64,000 nucleotides of DNA from Azolla caroliniana (taxonomy: Eukaryota > Plantae > Polypodiophyta). Location: positions 1,178,001 through 1,242,000 of the forward strand of contig JBHGNT010000014.1 in assembly GCA_043228905.1 (NCBI GenBank), given 5' to 3'. The translations under genes and the position numbers were made by a program. This document shows positions 1 through 13,237 of this stretch, one piece after another. The notes under the pieces are model-generated. The model searched no databases. It was given only the letters and a program-made list of their open reading frames with translations, and had not been told where the DNA came from. The first letter of the stretch is position 1. Every line of letters begins with the position of its first letter.

Positions 1-888
1 TCTGTATATCGGTTGTAAGGAATTGAGGGCGGGGATATGCCTTGAGATTTTGGCACAGTGATTCTATCCATTGAGGATTGCTACCATCAATTGTGAAGTA
101 TTTATTAGGAGGTCAAAGCTAGATGTGACCATGTCTACCTTTGACCTCCTAATAAATGTTGTTGGGAAAAGAAAACTATGTTGGCATGAAGAGTGGGGCC
201 TTAAAAACCCAATTTCTCTCTACAAACTCAAAGATGATCGTGCTTGCAAAAGAGGAAGATGACAAGGTGATGGATGATTAAATGAAGGATAAAGACATTC
301 ATAAAATGAGGACTTCCAACTTTGAGATGAAAGTAGGAGACAAGATGAAACTCAATAAGAAGGGGAAATTTTAATGGAGGGGCAAATTTACACAACAAAT
401 TGGAATGTTGGGCATTGCAACAAGCATGCCACATTGAGGTATATTGTCACAAGAAAAAGAGTGATTCCAACCAATTATGGACAAGTGACTAACTACCCCA
501 CCACCTCCAACCATTATAATTATGCCTCAATGGGTTTTCTTCGAGAGGCCAACACAACTCATACCTTGGAGGGTTGCACTTCCAAGGGTCACTACTGAGT
601 CTCAAGGGGTTGCCTTCAGGTCACCTTCCTCATCGTGTGCTAACTAAAGGATTGGGGACGTGGACCCTCCCCCCCAATGGTAAAGACCACGCCATGCATC
701 ACACGTAAAAGCTCTTACCTCTCCACTTCAATCAACCATGGAAGCTTCAAAGGGTTCTTATGTTAATATATACACTTAGCACACACCTAGTCGTTGCAAC
801 GCTAATTAAGAGATATGATGGTCTTACTTAAATAGATAATTATTTGATAAAGAAATATATAAGGTGCCTCGATTAAATAGATAATTAT

Positions 889-1296
889 TGTTGAGAGACA
901 AGCTCAACATCGGCCGGATCGGCTGAGCAAACCGAGGACCAGATTGGTTGGAAACCGGTACACAGACCGGTGCGTAGGAAGGCCGGATCGGTGCGGAAAC
1001 TAGGAGGCCATCGGAAAGATATTCCGCAAGGAATATATTTGGGAGTTAGTGTAGGGGCTCCTCAATGAGCATTGAAGTACTTTCAGTACTTTTGTCAGTC
1101 CGAAAAGGACTTGTATAAAAGTGTTCATTGAACACACACGATGTACAGATTGAGTATTATTTTTTAATTAAGTTCTTGTGTTTACTCTCTCTCTCTCTGT
1201 CTCTCCCGTGCGTACTATGCAAACCTAAGCTTTCCATTAAACCTGCATTTTTTGTTGTTCGGGTTCCTATATTGCTTCCGCATGCCATTCTTTTCA
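889..1296 (+). repeat. 5' LTR of copia 1 (408 bp)
   Basis: TG...CA termini, direct repeat of 5549-5957, TATAAAA near 1114, followed directly by the PBS. Confidence 0.95.
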
Positions 1297-1308
1297 TGGT
1301 ATCAGAGC
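1297..1308 (+). promoter_or_regulatory. Primer binding site (initiator tRNA-Met)
   Basis: TGGTATCAGAGC immediately after the LTR CA; the canonical plant tRNA-iMet PBS. Confidence 0.95.
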
Positions 1309-1378
1309 ACGAGGGTTGAGAACCTCTGCAATCGACTTTGCTTGAAGGAAAAACCAACAAAGAAGAACAAGAAAACCG

Positions 1379-4300
1379 ATGGACAGAGGAATCGCTAGCT
1401 CGCTTACAACGGAGAAGCTTGACAGAACCAACTACGCATCTTGGTCCTACAAGATGCACCAGTACCTGCTCGGACACGGTTACTGGAGCTATGTCAATGG
1501 AGCAAATGACACAGCACCCGATTCGACACACAAAGACTTCCCGATGTGGGAACAATCGGCGAGCAGAGTGCTGTACTATTTCACGTCTTGTGTGGGCGAA
1601 CAACTATTAAGCTACGCTCGGGATGCAAAAACGCCGAAGGGTGCATGGGAAAATCTAAAGAAGATCTTCGCCGCGAGCACCATAGCTAGGAAGCTTCAGC
1701 TCCTACAAGAGTTGAGCAACCTACGACAATGCGATTTGTCGGTGGCTGACTATACCTCGAAGATCAAGGACATATGCGACTCCTTAGCTTCCATCGATGT
1801 GAACATCGAGGAAAGCGAGATGGTCCAGGTCTATCTCGGGGGTTTGGCGTCAAAGTTCAGAGCGTTCCGAACTGCTGTGTGTACACGGGAGAATACGTCG
1901 TCGTTTTTCGACTTACAGTCGATGCTCCTTATAGAGGAGAACCACACGGGTGTGTCGACAAGCACGCATGCCGACATCAAGATGTTGTACACGGAGGGAG
2001 AGAGGCCCATGGTCGTGGCGGACGAGGCGAGTCGATATGCAATGGAGGCGGCCAACGGGATCAAGGAAGAAGGCACCGAACTGATGCCGACTGCAATTCT
2101 GGACCCTCCGGAAACAGGGGGAGTCGAGGCGACGAGAACCGGCAAGGGAAATCCGCCGTGGAATGCTGGTATTGTGGCAAGAGAGGCCACAGGCAGAGCG
2201 AGTGCTGGAAAAAGCACGCCGATTCGGAGAGAACCGGGTCCGGAACAGGTTTGTGAAGCCTACCAACTTGGGAAGCAACACCGACTTCCCTTCCCCAACG
2301 AGCGTAACCGGAGCCGGAACAAGCTCGACTTGATACACTCTGATGTGTGGGGGCCAACACAAAACGTTAGTCTTGGCAGGAGCCGATATTTCGTCTCCTT
2401 CATCGACGACTACACGCGGCACACGTGGATCTACCTCATTGAGAGGAAGAGCGAAGTCTTCGACTGTTTCCAGGACCTCAAAGGGTTCATGGAAACGGAA
2501 ATAGGAAGGAAGATCAAGTGCCTGCGGTCGGATGGCGGAAAAGAATACTTTTCCGGTCAATTCAACGGTTATCTACAACAGATGGGAATTCGGCGCGAAT
2601 TCAGTTGTAGATACACGCCGGAGCAAAACGGCGTGGCCGAGAGGAAAGATCGGTCGGTTGTGGAAGCGGCGCGGGCAATGCTGGAAGAAAAGTGCTTGCC
2701 CAAGTTCTATTGGGCCGAGGCGGTACGAACCGCGGTATACTTCCAGAACCGGATCGGAGACAAAGTGTCGGCGCATGAGCTATATTTCGGAATGAAGCCG
2801 AACTTGCGACACTTACGAGTTTTCGGTAGCATTGCGTATGTGCATGTGCTGAAGGAGAAACGAAGGAAGCTAGACGCAAAGGCCGAGAAATGTATCCTGG
2901 TCGGTTACTCGGACGACCAGAAGGGTTATAAGTGTTATAACCCGCGCATCAAACAAGCACGCGTGAGCCGCAATGTTGTGTTTGACGAGTCTGCGTCCTA
3001 GTACTTGCCTCTAACTCCGGACCTTACTTCCAATCCGAGTTCTGATGATGAGGTCAGTGAAGCCGAGATGCCTCCGGATGAGCCTGAAATCGGTACCCGC
3101 GAAGAGAGTTCAATTTCGTTTCGGTTAAGCGGACCGAATGGACGACTAAGTCGGTTTGACCAGTCCGATGAAGAGCCGGCGAGTAGTGGAGACTCGGCCG
3201 TGCATTCCCCGCGCAGGAAGCCGAGGAGACGACTTACGCGCAAAGAAAAAGGGAAGAAGAAGGTGTCGGATTACGGCACGGATAGGAAAGAGTCGGATCG
3301 ACACGAGTCCGACTCCGAGGGAAGTGACGACAGGTCTTCCAGACCGAAGTCCGCGTTGGCCAAGAAAGCCTCAACATCGGCTAATGAGCAATTACGCCGA
3401 TCAACCCGCCAAAAGAACCCTGTTGTGCAATTCGGTTATAATGAGTACATGGCGCACCATTACGCGTACATGATGCGAGTGGCGGAAGTGCGTGAGCTAG
3501 AGAGCTATGCAAAAGCGGCGAAGGACGCGAATTGGCGCGCTACAATGGAGGAAGAGATGAGCGCATTAGCGGAAAATGAAACCTGGGACCTGGTTGACAC
3601 ACTGAAGGGTGTGAAGCCGATCAGATGTAGGTGGGTGTACAAGGTCAAGTACAACACCGACGGCTCAGTCAACCGATACAAGGCCCAGTTAGTGGCAAAA
3701 GGCTACGCGCAGAAACACGGCATCGACTACGATGAGATGTTTGCGCCGGTCGCGAAGATGACGATCGTCCGTGTTTTGCTCGCGGTAGCTGCGGCAAAGG
3801 GGTGGCACTTACATCAGATGGATGTAAAGAATGCGTTCCTGCAAGGTGAGCTTGAGGAACAGGTGTACATGGTACAACGCCCTAGATTTCACTCCGGAAC
3901 GAACACGTCGGCAGTGTGCCAATTGAAGAAGTCCCTTTACGGACTGAAGCAAGCCCCGCGTGCCTGGAACGCGAAGATCATGCAGCAACTGCGTCAGATG
4001 GGCTTTGCAACGTCAAAATCGGACTCTTCCCTGTTCATCTGGAAAGGTCAACTTGGTTCGGTCAGCATTTTACTATATGTTGATGACTTGGTCATCACCG
4101 GCACCGACCTAGGTGAAATCGACCGCGTGAAGCTCCAGCTTGCGGCATCATTCGACATGAAGGATCTGGGGGACCTTCATTACTTCCTTGGGCTCGAAGT
4201 GATCCATACCCCCGAAGGCATACTGATCAGCCAACGTCATTACGCGTTGAATATGCTCTTCAAATTCGGGATGGCAGACTGTAAGTCCGTCTCGACTCCT

Positions 4301-5554
4301 CTAGATAGAACCATCAAACTTCGCCCCAATTCCGGAAAGGTATGCGACCCGACGAGGTTCCGACAAATTGTTGGAAGCCTTATCTACTTAACAATCACCC
4401 AACCTGATCTCAGTTATCCGGTCGGGGTGATCAGTCAATTCATGGCGCGACCTACCAAGGAGCACCTTCAGTGTGCGCAACGCATACTGCAGTACGTAAG
4501 CGGCACTAAGGACCGGGGACTGCTATATCGGACCGGTACAACCTCGCAGTTAGTTGGCTACACCAATACTGATTGGGTTGGCAACGCCGCCGATCGTCGA
4601 TCTACGTCCGGATACGTGTTCTCTCGTGGGAGTGTTGCGATAGCGTGGAGCAGTAAGTAGCAGCCGACAGTTGCACTGTCGAGCACCGAAGCGGAGTATA
4701 GAGGAGCGGCTGTCGCGACATGCGAAGCCATATGGTTGAAGCGGATACTTAAGGATTTGTAGGTGGAGGTGTCGAATCCAACGACTATCTACTGCGACAA
4801 CCTCAACAGCATCCAGCTCGCCAAGAACCCCGTTTTCCACGCCCGGACTAAGCACATTGAGGTGCACTACCATTTCGTCCGTGAGCGTGTTCTCTTCGGT
4901 GAAGTCGAATTTCAGTATGTTCCGACGGATCGGCAGACCGCCGACATCTTCACCAAGCCTCTTGGTCTGGACAAGTTGCGGCAATTCTCGGGTGCGCTTG
5001 GGTTGTGTCACCTCGACGTGCCGAACTTGAGGGGGAGACATGTCTTGAATGACCATGGAAGGGGGAGAGAAGACCGCGATGCCGAGCCAGATGACGAATT
5101 CGATCTCGGATCGGCTGAAGGAGCCGAGGGCAGACCCTCGGAAGATTCCGGAAGCAGACATAAGGGGAGTAGCCGAAAGGAAGAGCCGAAGTCAACCAAG
5201 CATGGGGGAGATGACGCCGTCAAGGGTGAGAAGACCGAAGACGAGTTGGAGACAGCCAACTCAGACGAGAGCGAAAACCGATCGGAGGTAGCCAAGTCGG
5301 TTCGAATGTTTGATTTGAATACACTGAATCAACCGAGGGCCAAGTGGAAAAGAAGGCAACAGGAGAAACGCCAACACCGCGACAACGAAGGAGCTGTGAA
5401 GGGCCGTGGGAGCAGACAAGCCGACCAGAAGGGTCGAAGCGCGCGGAGTCGAACAAGTCGAGGAGTGCGAGCGACGCGTGGGGCCAGGAGGAACCGGAGT
5501 GGTGATCCGGAAGATCCCGAAGAGCCTCAAGTTGAGCTTGAGGGGGAGTGTTGA
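1379..5554 (+). pseudogene. copia 1 gag-pol, disrupted
   Basis: Gag N-terminus (KLDRTNYASW) and zinc knuckle CWYCGKRGHRQSEC, the latter in another frame (frameshift near 2008). Integrase (HSDVWGP, RSDGGKEY, PEQNGVAER), RT (LLYVDDL), RNase H (YCDN, TKHIEV, ADIFTK). Premature stops at 2999, 4658 and 4760. No protease. Confidence 0.93.
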
Positions 5555-5957
5555 GAGACAAGCTCAACAACGACCGGATCGGTTGGGACCGATCGGTTAG
5601 GCCGGATCGGTTGGAAACCGGTACGCAGACCGATGCGTAGGAAGGCCGGATTGGTGCGGAAACCGGGAGGCCATCGGAAAGATATTCCGCAAGGAATATA
5701 TTTGGGAGTTAGTGTAGGGGCTCCTCAATGAGCATTGAAGTATTGTCAGTACTTCTGTCAGTTCGAAAAGGACTTGTATAAAAGTGTTCATTGAACACAC
5801 ACGATGTACAGATTGAGTATTATTTTTTAATTAAGCTCTTGTGTTTACTCTCTGTCTCTGTCTCTCCCATGCGTACTATGCAAACCTAAGCTTTCCATTA
5901 AACTTGCGTTTTCTGTTGTTCGGGTTCCTATATTGCTTCCGCACACCATTCTTTTCA
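5549..5957 (+). repeat. 3' LTR of copia 1 (409 bp)
   Basis: Preceded by the PPT; direct repeat of 889-1296. Confidence 0.95.
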
Positions 5958-6554
5958 ATTACCAAGTAAAAAACATGTATACCTCTATTGTAGAAAAGCT
6001 ACGTAGAGGAAATGGCTCTTAGTGGATGCAAAGGGGAGAGACTGAGAACTAAAAAATAGCCCCATAGTTGGGGCACCTAAAAATCCCTTTTCCATGACAA
6101 CTCTTGCCCATTTATATAAGTTGGAAAACCTAAATGGTCCCTTTCATATTGCCAACCCATTGGGTATTAACCAATTTGTACATAATGTAGAGTAGTTTGT
6201 CATAAATAAGAATTATGACCGTGTCTCTTACATACATGTGGTCTCGATTAAATAGATAATTACCAAGTAAAAAACATGTATACCTCTATTGTAGAAAAGC
6301 TACCTAGAGGAAATGGCTCTTAGTGGATGCAAAGGGGAGAGACTGAGGACTAAAAGATAGCCCCATAGTTGGGGCACCTAAAAATCCCTTTTCCATGACA
6401 ACTCTTGCCCATTTATATAAGTTGGAAAACCTAAATGGTCCCTTTGACATTGCCAGCCCATTGGGTATTAACCAATTTGTACATAATGTAGAGTAGTTTG
6501 TCGTAAATTACAATAAGAAAGAAGTATGACCATGTCTCTTACATACATGTGGTC
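5958..6554. repeat. ~300-bp tandem duplication; first unit interrupted by copia 1
   Basis: 5958-6244 is nearly identical to 6259-6554. The second unit begins CTCGATTAAATAGATAATTACCAAG, matching 868-888 joined to 5958 onward. Confidence 0.9.
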
Positions 6555-7199
6555 TATGAATAATATACTAGATTGGAAATACTAAGCCTTAAAGGGTTGT
6601 TAACACTAAACTATATATGTAAAGTACCCCTGATGCATAGCATGATCCATCAAGGTTTTAACATCAATGTGGGTGTTACATTAAGGGCAAGACTAGGAAA
6701 AAGGGGGATAGAACAAATTTGCTCTTGCCACCCCAATGTGAAAGCACTATGTAAAATAACTATAAAAGTCATCTTGTGTGACTGTTTAGTGGATTCTTTT
6801 GAACCTTAGTCTGTAGCCACTTTCTAAAGGTTAAGCTTGAGCACTCTGTCCTCCCCTTGATGCCATATATTGTCAGTTGAATTATTATGGTTAAGTGCTC
6901 ATTAGTAAAATCGTAATCACTCCTCTTCTTTTTTGTGTTGTTTGACTCATTCGATTAATCTAGGTGTGGTTAACTACGGTAGTAGGCACCAATGTGGTCA
7001 ATCAACCTCACAACAAACCAAAAGGGATTGTTGCCTTATGAGAATACTTTAAAAGTGAATATATTGGTTTCACGCTCTTGATATCGTGAATGACACAAAT
7101 TTTCCTTCTATAATTGACATTGTTACTAGAGTTAATATGATTAGTTGTGAGTGAACTAGCAAAACTGGGGTAGCCCTAAAATGCTCCCTTAAGATGTCA

Positions 7200-8560
7200 A
7201 ACTATGGATGGAAGATAGATCAATACAAAAAACAGAAGCCATGGTGGAGTAAACCACAAATTCGAGGTGGTGTAGGGGGGGGGGATTCCATTTGACGTTT
7301 GTAGCCATAAGGTCGGCAAATTGAGTAGCATATGACTGATTGGACAACCCTTACTTTACATGAGAAATGTCACCAAAAACTAGTGAGTCCATATGTATAC
7401 TAAAAAGTTCATGAACAAGAAGGAAGTCCCCTCATAGTCTATAGACTAAAGCTACACGTGGTCATGCTACATCCTCCTTTTTCATCAGCCAAGTTTATTC
7501 ATGCTCATGCCACCATCCACACACTAAAGCTAGAGTGCACCGAGTTAGGATGAACTTCCTTGGTACCTTTCATTGTGATCCTTGATCTAGACACTCATGC
7601 AACCCCTCTCTCCCTAATGTTGCTCCAACTATTGCTTTTTCATCAGGCAAGTTTATTCCTTTTTGCACCACCATCCACACACTAAAAAGGGTGCTTGGCA
7701 TTCGAATAGACTTCATCGGCATCTTTCATTGTGATCCCTACTCCAGACACTCACACGACCCCTAATGTTTCTCTAGCATCTCCTCTCTATTCTAATCTCC
7801 ACACTTCTAATCATCTAACCACCCTACTAGGAGGCTCACCTTCAACCTTAATAGACTTCCCACTACACACTGCATGGTTAGACTTTGGACATAGGTAACC
7901 GTACTGCCCTTACCTTACCAACAAATACTTTGAAGTCACAATGTAAACTTTCCCAATCACCACACACATATCGGATGCCCAATCTTCCCCCTTCATCTTC
8001 AACACCTCTAGTGCCCCTTGGCACCGCTTATTCCATATCAATGCATCGCCTTTTCCACCCACCCCTATATTCTCTATATCACCCAAATTTGGAGTAGAAG
8101 CCACATATTTTAATTGCTCACTCTAGATGAAGCTTGTTTGGAGTTAACAACTCCAAGACTAGAAGTCAAAACCTAGTAGTGATGGGCATATAAGACCATT
8201 TTTTGCCTCGTCGTTAACAAGGACCAAAGAGATCAATGCCCCACTCACACAAGGTGAGAGTATGGAGGAAGACTCAAATATTCTTTGCACAAAAAGGGGC
8301 TATGCTCTCCCAAGGGACAATGTATTGCATGCATGATTAATGGATTCTTGCGGTTCATTGCATGTGACACCACACTAAGCTTGGTTCACCAATTGTGAAG
8401 CTTGTTGAATCAAGTTTGTCTAATTGGGAGACTCCTATCAATGTATGATAGTTTACCTTTGATCCATAACTTTGATGTTATCATACGTGACATGACTCAC
8501 TCTAAATGAATCTTGTGACGTGCCTCAGCTAACAAAAAAGTTATAACTATAAAGTTGTTA
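7200..8560 (+). mobile_element. Highly decayed copia-like remnant
   Basis: Protease-like LMDSCGSLHVTP...WFTN at ~8337-8395, riddled with stops; boundaries uncertain. Confidence 0.4.
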
Positions 8561-11500
8561 AATCTATCAATTTAGAGTTCTGGTGAGAGTTGGAGCACTC
8601 AACCTCTTTTAAACAAGATTTACTTTGGCTTCGAGTAATTTGTTCCCTTGCTTGTACTCAACTATTTCTCTAACCTCTTTTTTTCCCTTGAAAATATATC
8701 CTCCATTGGTATTAGAATTACAGTGGCCCGAGGCATTTCTTATAACTTCACTTAGAGAACTTCGTATTTGAATAATCCATGTTTTATGCTTCTCCACCTT
8801 ATGTAGCGACCATTGACTTTTGACAAATTTCTTCATCAAGAAATACTCCACATACCTCACATGATAGTGTTGTCTAACACATTCACATCAAGCAGTATAC
8901 AAAAGATATCTCAAGAGGTCGGGAATGTGCATGTGAGTAAGAAGTTAGAACTTGCATTGTGGGGTTCATTCTATATTTTGCCCCTTCAACTACTGAGTGA
9001 TATTATCAAAATTCATTTATGTGGAGATGGTCAAATTAGATTCTTTTAGTTGAATCTCATACAACGTTCACATAAAAAAGATCATGTTAAAAGCATTGTT
9101 CTCTAATGTGTCACACATTTTCCTCCACATCCTCGCTAAGCTTTGATTATGTGCTACTAAGAAGTAGACACTACCCTCAAGATGATAATTGATATTGCTA
9201 CCTAGTCAAGATTCTTCCAATTTTCATGGATCATGTTACCGGGTCTTTTCTTGTCAATTTTCAGGTCCTCTAAATTAGAACATCCTAGATATAATTCTTC
9301 TAGATCTCTAAGCCTCCTCACCATATATTTATGAAGTTCCCTCAAGAGCTTCGTACATGTGATGAACTACTTGTTGATGCTTGCGATAAGAACAATGACA
9401 TGGAGGTTGTCTTCGAGTGATTAAGCTTGTCTAAGTTGAACTCTTCCCCGTTTTCCCAATGATCAATTAATTTCTTGATACTCTTTTTCTTCTCTCATGT
9501 GTGTTTTTCTTAGTCTCCTTGCGAGGATTATTTAGTTGTCTAAAGTTCTTCCTTATCTTGTTGTAGAAGAACCCATCAAGACCTAAAGATGATACATCAC
9601 AACTACAGATTAGAAGTCAAATTATGTCAAGATTATGAGAATGACACAATGCTCCAAAGTCGCAATGAATTGACACATTCAATCCATTGTTGTTAAAAAA
9701 TGCATACTTCATGTCTAGAATACTCAGAAGTATTCAATACATATTCTACATTTTTTAATTGCCATCTTAAACCGTTTCACATATTTAAGGTATTCTACAT
9801 ACTCTACGTATTTAACAAGTATTTTGTATCTCCACAAAATAAAAATAAGAGATTGGCCAAAAAAATATTGTTAAATGCAATACAGATATAAGAAGTATTC
9901 TACGTATTTTACGTTTAGAATATGTAACATATGTATTGTACACATCTAAGTGTATGATAAATATTTTATAGCTATGGTTCAATCCATAACAACAAAAATT
10001 GGAAATGATCTATTCACACTAGTATGCACCAGACCATGTACAAGAGTTTGCTCTCACTCTAAAAGACGACAAGAACCAAAAATATGAGATCTACACCTCC
10101 AATCCTAAGTTGTTCATATATATACTTTGTCTTGGAATGTTCATACTAGCTTGGCCCATCTCCCCTTCTCCTGTTGTGTTACCTATTTACATAAAACATG
10201 ACTTTGTACCAATGCAGCCCACAACATCGTTGATCCTCGAAGTGGGAAAGGAATTTGATACATGGGATAGTAGATAAACTTTGTTCAACAATTCATGAGA
10301 GCATGGGTCACAGAGCAACCAAATCTTGGGACTTAGTATTGTTGCCAAACAAAGAGGTTGTCCCACAGACGTGCAATGTTAACAATGCAAAAATCCAAGA
10401 GCCAAGAGGATGTAATTTTAATATCAAGTGAAAGTATAATCTAGTATAGTTAAAGTGATTAAAGTAGTTATTATCTAAGTAGAGAGAATTAAGTGGTCAT
10501 TTTGACTCTTAATGTTCATCTTGAGCTACTCAATCTTGGCATTTTGAAAATAAAGTCTAAGCATCAATATATAAACCTTCGTTGTGTAACATTGGGAAGG
10601 ACTTGAGAGAATTCTAGGATAGACATGTCATTTTACTCTCCATTGTCGATTACCAATTGAATACTAAAAGTGTCTTATTGTTATATGACTAACCTCTTTA
10701 TTTGTTAAAGTGAATTTACATATGGAAGCTTTGTAATATGTTATGTACTTATTGTGGGCTCTCAAGAGTGGCAAAGTGAAGGATGGATCCTTTAACATTG
10801 GTAGTCAATGTGCATGTGAGTTATGGGCGGCAAGAATATTGTCGAGGAATCACTTATCAAAAGTAAGCAAAGCCCACACTACCAATATGACCTTTAAGAT
10901 TATGATAACTAGGTTCATATACATCTGAGAAATGATCATATTCAGTGATCATTATTTGATCTGACTGTTCTTGCGGTCCCCATATGGAAATATTGGTTAT
11001 TTAATAGCGAAAAAACAATACCTTACGTGCACATGAATAATATCTATCAAAAGTTGATTGAAGATACAACTTGGTCAGTGGTGAAGACATTGTATACGTG
11101 GAATAGCTTATGCATCTCCTTGAAGGTAAAGTTTGGGTATGAACTTGATTTTGCATGTGTGTGTTGCCTTTGTTGAAAAATGTCAAATTGAAATCAAAAC
11201 TTGCTTCCATTTCAATTCTAGATGCTCTATTCATTTTACAACACCATCAACAAAATTATTGCCAAAGTGTTCTTTACAAATATATGCGAAATGGGAAGCT
11301 AATTAGTTCAAAATTTTGACTTTGATTAGGGGACCATATCACAATTATATAGTTTACAAATGAAGAAAAATCCTCGATTTAGACGGATTTAATTGGGTGA
11401 GAAACTTCACTAAATGTTAACTAAAGTTTACTATTAAATATTCACATCAACATTATGACTTCATATTGAAGTATATTTCTTTAACACCGATTGTAAGAAT

Positions 11501-13074
11501 GAACATATAAACCATAAATTTGTAGAAATTTTAGGAAGCTCCTATACATTTGTCTCTCGGATTGGGCGAACATCTCTTGCGATTGATTCTTATTTACGCA
11601 AACAAAATCAATTTGGAACCTGACAATATTATTAATGTACTAGCTATAAATATTCAAACGCGTTCCTTTTCATTGCATACTTTGTTGAGTGCAATTGCTC
11701 TCAAAGTAGAGTTCAATTATGTCAACAACGCTTCATTTAAACTAAACAAGGTGAAACAAAATATTCGAATGTTTCTTTTGCCCCAAGGATCGATAAGACA
11801 CTTGCTATCACAGAGGCGAAAGGAACTGTTAAAGATAGAAATAAAAATGCGAGGTAGATGTGGAGAGAGAATAAATGATCAAAAATAAATACATGAACAC
11901 TGGAGCGCGCGGTGAGAGGACCTATTCTTCACCGACAAAGATAACTATATCATAAAAACGAATTCGAATAGTCCTACAAAAAGGAGGTCAAATAAAAGGT
12001 GTTTTTGCTTTATCCCAACGCGATGCATCGTCACATTAAAAGAACATTCGACTTAAATATATATAAGCTGGTTACAAAGAGAAAAGAAAAAGTTCTCACC
12101 TCGAAAGGAGGTTCAAGCTTTTGTGTGCAGAAGCATCAATTCTTGTTTTACCTTTGGGGGAAGAACTCCTTCAACATTTTCATCGCTTTTGTGTGCCCGA
12201 CTTTGACTAAACGAGCGTGTGCGCATACAAAAATATGCAATAAAAGTTGAAGAAAATCCCCGTCAAACCTTAAAAGCCCATCCATGTGCGTATTGAGAAC
12301 AATTCCACAACTGCTCAACGCAGTCGTGCTAGGTCCCACCCCCCATTATTGAAACAAGAAATGCAAAAAAAAAAAAAAAACAAGTAGGAAAGTCTCCTCC
12401 TTGGCTCTTCCCGAAGAAGAGCATCGGTTTCGTAGAAGAGGGCCCATATGAGGGTTGCCCTAGCAGCAATTCGCTTGGAATTCACTCAATAAAGGGAGGA
12501 AAGTTGTGAGCTCGAATCCTTAAAAAAGGTAATTTTAACTATTCTGATGACGAGCCCCCGCTCTGCAATGGATGTGCCTGGTTGGTTGGTGACATCTCAC
12601 TACATTCTAGGATTCTTCTTCTTTGTGGATCACCAATGGCACAAGAGAAGAGCTTGTGTAGTTACTGCAGAGGTTTGAGACGATAAACTTGAGTGGCGAC
12701 GAGTGTGGCTGAAAAAAAAACCCATTGCTCTGACCACGACTCTAAGGGAAGGAAAGAGAGGAAAGCAACGAATTAGAATTAGAATTATAATTGTTATCGT
12801 CTGTAAAGAGGCCAAATTTGACCTATGGGCCCAAAGTATACATGTGTTCTTGATATGTGTCTCCTTCCTAAGAAGGGTTATTCATACATTGAAGCACAAA
12901 GTCTCTATGTGTGAATAAAGCATATACACATATGGATGACAAAGGGAGGAAAATAAGACAAGGTGTGGTGACGTTCCACGGAGCTTTCTTCGTGATCGTG
13001 CGATGATCAAGCTGGGGTTCGAAGAGGGATTTCTGCTGAAAACTTGTTCGTTACGTTACGTTAAAGGGGATCTA

Positions 13075-13190
13075 TCATCGCCAGGATGCCCGCCTGCCCA
13101 TCATTGACTGCCCGGGCAATCATCGCCCGCCTGCCCATCAATGGCCGGCCGGACAATCATCGCCTGCCCGCCCACCGCCTGCCACATGTG
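13075..13190. repeat. GC-rich degenerate repeats upstream of the kinase
   Basis: Three to four copies of ATCATCGCC(C)GCCTGCCC-like units. Confidence 0.6.
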
Positions 13191-13237
13191 ACCAACCGAC
13201 TTGCGTGGAGGGCATTGGCCCAATTACAGAAAACCTC

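Larger units (their letters stand above)
889..5957 (+). mobile_element. Ty1/copia LTR retrotransposon (copia 1), both LTRs present, defective
   Basis: LTRs 889-1296 and 5549-5957 (TGTTGA...TTTTCA). PBS TGGTATCAGAGC at 1297-1308. PPT AGGGGGAG at 5541-5548. TSD ATTAT (884-888) / ATTAC (5958-5962). Domain order gag-INT-RT-RNaseH. Confidence 0.97.

Noticed and set aside
8600-12000. Short ORFs and probable decayed TE sequence (also 1-800, 46000-47500, 49400-51400, 55000-56050)
   Set aside because: Too degraded to assign a family or boundaries by eye
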